Assembly (NCBI GenBank): GCA_951406725.2
Contig: OX597837.1
Span: forward strand, 46,996,001 to 47,060,000
DNA from: Octopus vulgaris
Taxonomy: Eukaryota
DNA length: 64,000 nt
Direction of reading: 5' to 3'
The notes below the pieces were generated by a model. The model made no database searches. It was not told where the DNA came from and saw only the letters and a program-made list of their open reading frames with translations. A program made the position numbers and the translations under genes. Of the stretch, positions 55,290 through 64,000 are shown piece by piece (position 1 is the first letter of the stretch; every line of letters begins with the position of its first letter).

Positions 55290-55900
55290 TAAATGCTAAA
55301 CCTTTAAGCTTTTGTATTGGATTCATCTCATTAATTACAATAGTTTGATGAACTTGATGTCGACTTCCAGCTGATGGAAAACCTACGAAGTCACATGTAA
55401 ATCTCCTTAGATGAACGTCAAACCACAGATAGATAAAAACTCTTAACCTTTGAAGTCCTTAGATTCTAGGAGTCATATACAATCAAGAACTTAAATTTCG
55501 TATCACTAAAAATAGCGTTGGATGATTTCTGAAAGCTTTGAAGCCTAATGTTGATTCTTTCTTCCCTATAAATAACAGTTCTAATACTCTTGTACATGTA
55601 GGAAAGTCAAGTCCCACCAACATTCTACGCTTGGTTTATAACCTTCTTCAATTTCAACTCTTCAGAATAATTACTAGCAGACTCCGCATCAGCATTGCTA
55701 GCCTTATCAGTCATTTTAATGTTGTGCAAAACGTTTTGCATCGAAAGCTGCATCTTTCATTTTATATAAATCCCTGCGCAAGCTTTCGCTTGAATGACCG
55801 CCATGTTTTTCGGCACATCGCATCTTGCCTGATCGTAGAAGCTGCACTCTCATCAGCCGTTCCATTTTAAACATCACTTCAAATTATAAAAGCAAAAGAT
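55290..55900 (-). mobile_element. Tigger/pogo-like DDE transposase remnant (in the SLCO intron)
   Basis: LHNIKMTDKASNADAESASNYSEEL, KKESTLGFKAFRNHPTLFL and KFLIVYDS*NLRTSK match the order of Tigger motifs. Confidence 0.7.
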
Positions 55901-56179
55901 TGCCCGGGTATTCAACGAAGCAGCTACTTGAACTCGTGACCTAATATTTACTTTTATTCTCATGTATTGTTCCCATTAAAGACGTTTCATACTTTAGTAT
56001 ATTTAGTTTATTTTACCAAATCAAACCTTCACAAATCATCTAATTTAACCTACAACGTAATCCTTTTGCAAATTATTTTCACACAACTGCCTTCACTTCC
56101 GCTTGATGACTTCATTTGAATAAGGGCAATGAAATATACACAGTTAGATCCAACATTGCGATGATAGACAAGAAAACCT

Positions 56180-56400
56180 ATTTCTTTATTGCCCACAAGG
56201 GGCTAAACACAGAGTGGACAAACAAGGACAGACAAAGGGAGTAAGTCGATTACATTGACCCTAGTGCGTAACTGGTATTTAATTTATCGACCCCGAAAGG
56301 ATGAAAGGCAAAGTCGACCTTGGCGGAATTTGAACTCAGAACGTAACGGCAGACGAAATACGGCTACGCATTTCGCTTGGTGTGCTAACGTTTCTGCCAG
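56180..56400 (-). mobile_element. SINE family A
   Basis: Closely similar to 1088-1305. Confidence 0.88.
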
Positions 56401-57239
56401 ATAAGAAAACCAACATCAAGCAATAAAACAGTAAAATCCAAGGAAGGTCTTGATGTTCCGCTGGGAGCGGGTCGATATTGGCTGGTATTTTGAAGTCAAC
56501 GGAAAACTAGGTTCTTCGAATTGCTGAATATACAAAAAGGTCCAGGTGGAAGAGGGGATGCGTGGGTGGTAGTAAACTTTGAAAAAATGCCTATCGTGGT
56601 TTTAGTTTTAAAATTGTTAAAATTTACCCGAATTTCTGTAAAAGCAAAATTATTCCTTAATTCATAAAGTGTGGCTACGAAAATGACTCGTATCCCGAAA
56701 TTGAGTCACACTTAATGATTGCCGTAAGCGCAGAATTCCGTAACCAACGATTCCGTAGCGCAGAGAATGCTTATAATGATAATCATCATCGTTGTCATCA
56801 TCATCATCACCACCACTAAGACCACCACCATCACTACCAACACCAACACCAACACCAACACCATCACTATCACTATCACAATCACCACAACAACCACTGC
56901 CGCAGCTACCACCAACACCACCACCACCACCACCACCATCACTACCACCACCACCACCACCACCACCACCATCACCACCACCATCACTATCACAACCACC
57001 ACAACAACCACCGCCGCAGCTACCACCACCATTATACCACCACCACCATTACCACCCTCATCATTCTTCGGTTCATCATCATCATCATCATCAACTGCAA
57101 CAGGCAACGACAGCATCATCGAGATATCGCACTTTTTCCATTCTCAATTTCCCCAGAATGTCTCTGCGATCCTCGCCATCGTCTTATCTAACGAGCAACA
57201 CGGCCAATATTAAGCAACAACAACAATAGCAACAACACC

Positions 57240-57297
<58 letters not shown>

Positions 57298-57511
57298 AAT
57301 AGACATTGATAAAGAATCAATGGCATCGTGTGTGTCTCTTCTTGTGGTGTCCAGGTTTTTTTCATGGAGGGGGATTTGGAGACAATTTTTGGAAAAAGCG
57401 ATGCCAGTTTGGAAATGGCAGCAGACTGATAAAGTTAAGTTATTCCATACATTCACCAGAAACAGGCGGTTCTACAGCCTCCATGCTCAAGAAACTGGCA
57501 CAGACTATGCA

Positions 57512-58212
<701 letters not shown>

Positions 58213-58739
58213 TGTCTCCCTCACTGTCAGAAACAAAAACACACACACAGACCAATGTGTAGATCTATAAATATACGCATTCTTTTATTTTTTATTTTTA
58301 TTTGTTTCACTCAATTGAGTACAGCCTGTAATCGAACAAATCGACCACAGGACTTATTCTTTGTAAGCCAGTACTTTTGCCGAACCGCTATATTACGGGG
58401 ACATAAACACACCAACATCGGTTGTCAAGCGATGGTGGAGGGACAAACAGAGACACACAAACATATACATATATAATACACGTAGATGAACATTTGAAAA
58501 TGTTTAATGAAAGAATGGGGGACATCGAACAGTTTTCTGCTGCTGAGCCTCAGGCTACTGTGCAAAGAGTGTATGGAAATGGTGGACATCGTGTGCTGAA
58601 TTTTGAAAATGGCCAAACCTCCAGGGGTGCTCTTTCAGGTGTGGGTGTGCCTGCTGGTGGTCATGGGGTAGTTTTGGATACTAGACTGAATCTTGAGGCT
58701 CCAGTGTTTGGGCTCTGATCCAGCGAAGTGCAAGGCTGC

Positions 58740-59626
58740 AGTAGAGTTTCCATTAAGAAGAAGCCACAAAAATTTGATGGCAAAGTGATATGGGAGGCCT
58801 ACCGTGTCCAGAGTGGGTGGGACGATAGGCAAAGAGCAGTTCAGCTTGCTACTAATCTAAAGGGTGCTGCACCAGAGGTGTTGAGTCAGTTGTCAGTGAA
58901 GAACAGAAGCCGTTATTCTTCGCTAGTTGAAGTGTTACAGAGAAGATATGGCATTATGTACCAGAGTGAAGCGTATAGGGCATAATTTCGGACCGGCGGT
59001 AGGGCTAGGGGAGAGTCACTACAACAGCTTGCCCAAGGTCTGGAGAGTGTGACACATAAGGCATACCCTACGGCAACACCTGACTTCTTGGCTCTTCTTT
59101 TGAAAGAACAGTTTATCGATGCTCTGGACAGTGAAGAGCTCAAAGTTCAAGTAAAGAAGGCACAAGTGAATACTATGCAAGAAGCACTGGCTAGAGCTCT
59201 GGAATGTGAGTCTTATGTAAGGTCTAGCGGTTCCGGATTCAAAGCAAGGATGGGTCATGTACGTGAAGTTGTTGGCACTGCGAGAATTGGGACATAAAAG
59301 AGAAGGTTGTTTGAAGAAAGAAAGAACAAAAGATGGTTGGAGGAAGTTGGTGGTGTTGTGGGTAACCACGATACAGGAAGCAAGATTGTTATCGCCTGAA
59401 AAGAGAGCAATAGCAGAACGATGGTAGAAAGTTTATTGCCCTGCAGGAAAGAAAAGTAAGAAGATAACTGAAGATAAGGGGTAGTTGGGGAAAACTAGAA
59501 GGAGCTGGTGTTAAGGGGCAACAGCCTTCCGAATATTCCAAAGAAGACCCCCACCTCCGAGATGTAAAAGGAATGTGATTGACATCGTTCAAATGGATGG
59601 GAGGATTGACGGCTAGAAGTGTCGCC

Positions 59627-59630
<4 letters not shown>
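58740..59630 (+). mobile_element. Ty3/Gypsy LTR retrotransposon gag remnant (capsid, zinc-knuckle relic, start of protease)
   Basis: KPQKFDGKVIWEAY, GWDDRQRAVQLATNLKGAA, LVEVLQRRYG, GESLQQLAQGLESVTHKAYP, KEQFIDAL, TMQEALARALECESY; then WWCCG*PRYRKQDC and IVQMDGRIDG*KCRLV, cut by (GT)n. Confidence 0.85.
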
Positions 59631-59671
<41 letters not shown>

Positions 59672-60869
59672 CACGTCATTACTACAGGGATCTGTTTTGG
59701 TGAGGATGCGATATGAATATATATATCTCGGTCGTTCTTCTTTCTTGCTCGACCTCAGGCTCGTACATGTTTGCTTATTTGTGGTTGCGAAGTAAACTTC
59801 CCCCCCACCCATTCACGCATCCTCTTACTTCGATACTGGGTCAACAATCAGCCAAATTCTTTACACTTAAAGCAATACCAAATTCAGTCAAACTACATTA
59901 CAAATACAGAGCATATTTAAAAACATTCATACAAAACCGTTTTCCCTCATCTACATCATTTCCTCTCCTACATAATAATATTGCTTCCGTTTACATTGAG
60001 AGAACTTAAGTGTTCAGTTTCCCAGCTACACACCTTTGTCACTATCTCACTTGATATCGCTAATGTTTTAGAACAGGCATTTAGTCACGTTCTTGTACAA
60101 CCACGCAAACCTAAAGCATACACAGTCTCACCAAATCTACCTTTCATTGAGCTTCGTTGGTGGTGGTTGAATAAAGCTTTTGGGGCTCACAAGAAAGGGA
60201 TTTTCGGATGAATTTTTGTTAGGGGCTGTATCTATTTGTCTTCTGCATCTGTAGGGATTGAGGAAGCTTGTGTCATGGCTTGTCAACAATCGGAAAGATG
60301 ATGCCATCCATTTGATTCGCAATCACTCAACCAATCCACAGTGCTTCCACACACTGACTATTGTACATGATGTTTATAATAGTTGTTGTAGCGTGGAGTT
60401 ATGACAAGACTTGGTGGCAGTTTATATGCATATTTATTGCTACAATTGTACAAGCTTCGTGAAAAAAGACGGTATCAAATTATAAGAACATCGTATTGAC
60501 AGGAGTTGAAATCTTGATGATTAAACTGATCTGCACCTTACTGCAAAAAACGTACGGCGTTTATTCTGCATCATCTCCGAGCTGGTGGTATATAGCTGTG
60601 AAAATAACTTGTAGGAAACTCGTGCTGGTTCGAGTGTGGAGACGCAACAAACAGCTTGAGAGCAGAATCGTCAAGAACTGAAACGAAGCTAAGTCGAATC
60701 TTCTCTGATTCAACGCGCCAACACCAACTAGATGACACAGCTGATAATGCAACAGGAACAGAGTAAGAAATTGAACTCAATCTCAAAGGAGGGATAAAAA
60801 TACAGAGGAGAGCTTAACCTTATTGATTATGATAATAATTATGATGATTATTCTGATGATGCCCACTAA

Positions 60870-61320
60870 GGCCGCAAAAAAGTGTAAAACAAAAGCCAAA
60901 GAAGAAAGCTTGAAGGAAGTATCAAGACTGCTGCAAGAGAAACCATTTCACGGGTAATACCCCAAACGAGCTGGGGAAGCTGATGTAGATATGAGGAGAA
61001 CCCATCAGGGGCTGCAGAGTGTTGATTTGAAAGCCGAAGCAGGATTTATCCTCGCGGTACAAGATCAGAGTCTCCTCACTCGGAACTGACCAATGTCACG
61101 CACAATGAGGTAAACACAAAGTGTAGACTCTGCAATGACAAACTTGACATTGTTGCCGGTTGCTCAGCCCTTGCTCTGACAGAATATAAAACCAGTATTT
61201 CACCGGAGCATATGCCGTAACTATGATATTCCACACCCTAAGAACTTGTACGAACACCATCCACAGTCAGTCGCTGAAAGAGAGAATGTTAAAATCCTAT
61301 GGGATTATGGGATACATACG
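60870..61320 (+). mobile_element. R4/Dong-like retrotransposon fragment
   Basis: KPFHG*YP, LKAEAGFILAVQDQSLLTRN, KCRLC, IVAGCSALALTEY, YEHHPQSVAERENVKILWDY. Confidence 0.75.
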
Positions 61321-61467
61321 GAAAAGCTGGAAGCAGGATAATAATCTAATTCGACACTTTATCACATTCAAGAATATAAACACGTTTTTAAGCACAACAC
61401 ACGCGCAGTCAAAAAGAAACCCTACCTTTCACCAGAATACGGGGGTCGGCACTGTCGTTCACGCAGT

Positions 61468-61516
<49 letters not shown>

Positions 61517-61794
61517 AGCGTGAAGGTCCCTGTCTCAGACATGTGAGCATGCGCACAACAGCCAAACACCGCGTCGCCGTAACTGTGAAGCGCACAGTTC
61601 TATACAAGGATTTTTTAGTTTTTTTTCATAAACTGGGGGATGGCTACAGACATTAAGCTTAACGATTATATAATGTACAAGTATAAAGAAAGAATTAAAG
61701 GACAAAGGACTCATTATGTTGAATGTTATTGATAATATCGATTGGAAATAGGGGGAGCTACAGTTCCGCAGTGCCTATACACGAGCCGCCACAG

Positions 61795-62440
61795 ATCCAT
61801 GGTGATTAAACGAGTCATAAAGTCCGTCTCTCCCGCTGCAAACCGGCCCCAAATCGCCTTCGATGTCGGCTCCCTGATGCGCTTCTGTTCTGCGTTGAAG
61901 CATTTCAGCATCCATTTTGCCGAGAGTTTTTCATGTCCAGAACGTTGTGGCTTATGCAGTCAACTCTTTCATGGGAAATCCTCAGAGTCTCAGCAATGAC
62001 TTTAGCTGAAACCCGGTGATCCTCGAGAATCAGGACATGCACAGCGTCGGCTTTGTCCTCTGCGGTCGCGGGTTCATCTGAGACCGGGGATCATTTGTGA
62101 CTTCGAAATGACCAGTCCGAAACCTTGACACCCAGATTTTCACTGTGGAGTAAGATGGATGGTTATCTTTCAAGACTTCCTTCATTTCCCCATGGGTTTC
62201 CGCCGCTCCTTTGCTTTGCAAAAAAAGAGAAACTTCATAACCGCCCGTGCTTCAGTTTTACCAAAACTTACAGCAGGATCTGCCATCATGCGTTCTATCG
62301 GCAAAAAGGAGACAGATATATTGTACACCATCATGATTTTTTGTATATCTTCTCTTTCATAGTTGTCCTACCTCCCACGAAAAGGTAACAGATTTAATGA
62401 TGGTGAACAAAAAAAGGTGCTTTCCTTCATAGCCACCTTG
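61795..62440 (-). mobile_element. Mariner transposase 5' fragment
   Basis: KGAAETHGEMKEVLKDNHPSYSTVKIWVSRFRTGHFEVTNDPRS and NAEQKRIR...FMTRLITMD. Confidence 0.8.
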
Positions 62441-63379
62441 CTACCAAATAGCAAATTAAAAAGAGAAAGAGAACATACATTTTTAAATACGTACGTACGT
62501 ACGTATTTTGCATCCATGCATATATGTATGTATGGAGAATGTAGCTTCGAATAAATAAACTCTAGAACCTGTACTGAGTGCTTTTTTCACATTATTCAAT
62601 TCAAACACGGACATGTATGTATGTATGCATGCATGCATGTATGTATGTATGTATGTATGTATGTATGTATGTATGTATGTATGTATGTATGTATGTATGC
62701 ATGTATGTATGTATGTATGTATGTATGTATGTATGTATGTATGTATGTATGCATGCATGCATGTATGTATGTATGTATGTATGTATGTATGTATGTATGT
62801 ATGTATGTGTGTATGCATGTATGTACGTATGTGTGTGTGTAAGTATGTATGTATGTATGTATGTATGTATGTACGTATGTATGTATGTGTGTATGTGTGT
62901 ATGTATGTGTAAGTATGTATGTGTAAGTATGTATGTGTAAGTATGTATGTATGTACGTATGTGTGTGTGTAAGTATGCATGTATGTATGTATGTATGTAT
63001 GTATGTATGTATGTATGTATGTGTGTATGTATGTGTAAGTATGTATGTGTAAGTATGTATGTGTAAGTATGTATGTACGTACTACGTACGCATATGTCTG
63101 TCTGTTTGTCTGTCTGTCTGTATGTATGTATGTATGTATGGATGGATGGATGGATGGATGGAGAGACTAGTTCTAATTTGATCTGTGAACGAAGACCATT
63201 TTTTCCCCCAAAATTCCCGAACGCCATGCCTTTGATGTGACAAGCCTGGGCGAATCATAGGAATGGTTAATTTTATCGATAAACGCAAATGTGTATTGGA
63301 ATCGACTTTCTCCGGTTATTGGAATTATGTGCTTTATGTGGGGGAAGTGAGGGATGTGTAGATTGCTGAAACTGTTTGG

Positions 63380-63451
<72 letters not shown>

Positions 63452-64000
63452 CGTCTGACCCTGTCCCAAATCAACCCCGAACGAATCTGAGCTATGATCA
63501 AAGATATTCTGATGTGATCCTACGATATTTGTATCCTTTCAGACATTGTTCATCTAGAACTACGTTAACTATGTACCTTACCCCCACTTTTTTTTTTTTT
63601 AAGATCCTGAAGACTGATTTCAGGGCCACTTAGCTGCTATCTTTGTCCCGTCAAGCGACCACCGTAGCCTAACATTCAGATAGCTACAGATGCTATCTTC
63701 TTTATTTATATGGAGCAAAGAGGTTGGAAAGAGGTCTTATAAAAAAAAAAATTGCGTCGTGTATGTGTAATTGTGCGTGCGTATGTGTGTGTATGTGTGT
63801 ATGTGTGTGTATGCGTGCGTGCGTGGATGTGTGTGTGTGTACGTGCGTGCGTGCGTGCGTGTGTGTGTGTGTGTGTGAGTGTTTCTCTAGAACACGGTGG
63901 TGACACAAGGTCGACGTGTCTTAGCGTAAACGTAGGTCAAACAAATTATCTGTTGCTTGTCTGTCGTTTGATGTCGATTCAGCAGAGATTAAAATAAAAT

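Noticed and set aside
55800-55862. CTGATGAG on the minus strand
   Set aside because: Lies within the Tigger-like coding remnant; no properly paired stem II with GAAA follows.
59990-60430. Possible piggyBac transposase C-terminal relic on the minus strand
   Set aside because: Only faint motif resemblance (TVDW...WHHL); too decayed to support without a profile search.

Overview
AT-rich eukaryotic genomic DNA dominated by microsatellites and transposable elements. The SINE families and repeat density look like an octopus/cephalopod genome; this is an inference, not a search result. Only one host-gene exon is convincing: the first coding exon of an SLCO/OATP organic anion transporter (+, 52703-53468). 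The rest consists of three tRNA-derived SINE families, mariner/Tc1/Tigger/hAT remnants, R4/Dong-like, L1/Tx1-like, RTE-like and Penelope-like retroelement fragments, a Ty3/Gypsy gag remnant, Helitron-like elements and very long simple repeats. Almost all long ORFs in the track are microsatellite artefacts. The most striking signal is a population of minimal type I hammerhead ribozyme motifs (CTGANGA...GAAAC...NUH, with palindromic stem III). There are six intact-core copies and several decayed ones, spread over at least five unrelated short non-coding element families. These include a tRNA-headed SINE with a hammerhead in its 3' part (three copies), a 464-bp element with 113-bp terminal inverted repeats enclosing a hammerhead, and a perfect 13 x 34-bp minisatellite that resembles an amplified hammerhead half. 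Decayed Penelope RT fragments in the same window are a plausible source of the mobilising machinery. All identifications were made by eye.
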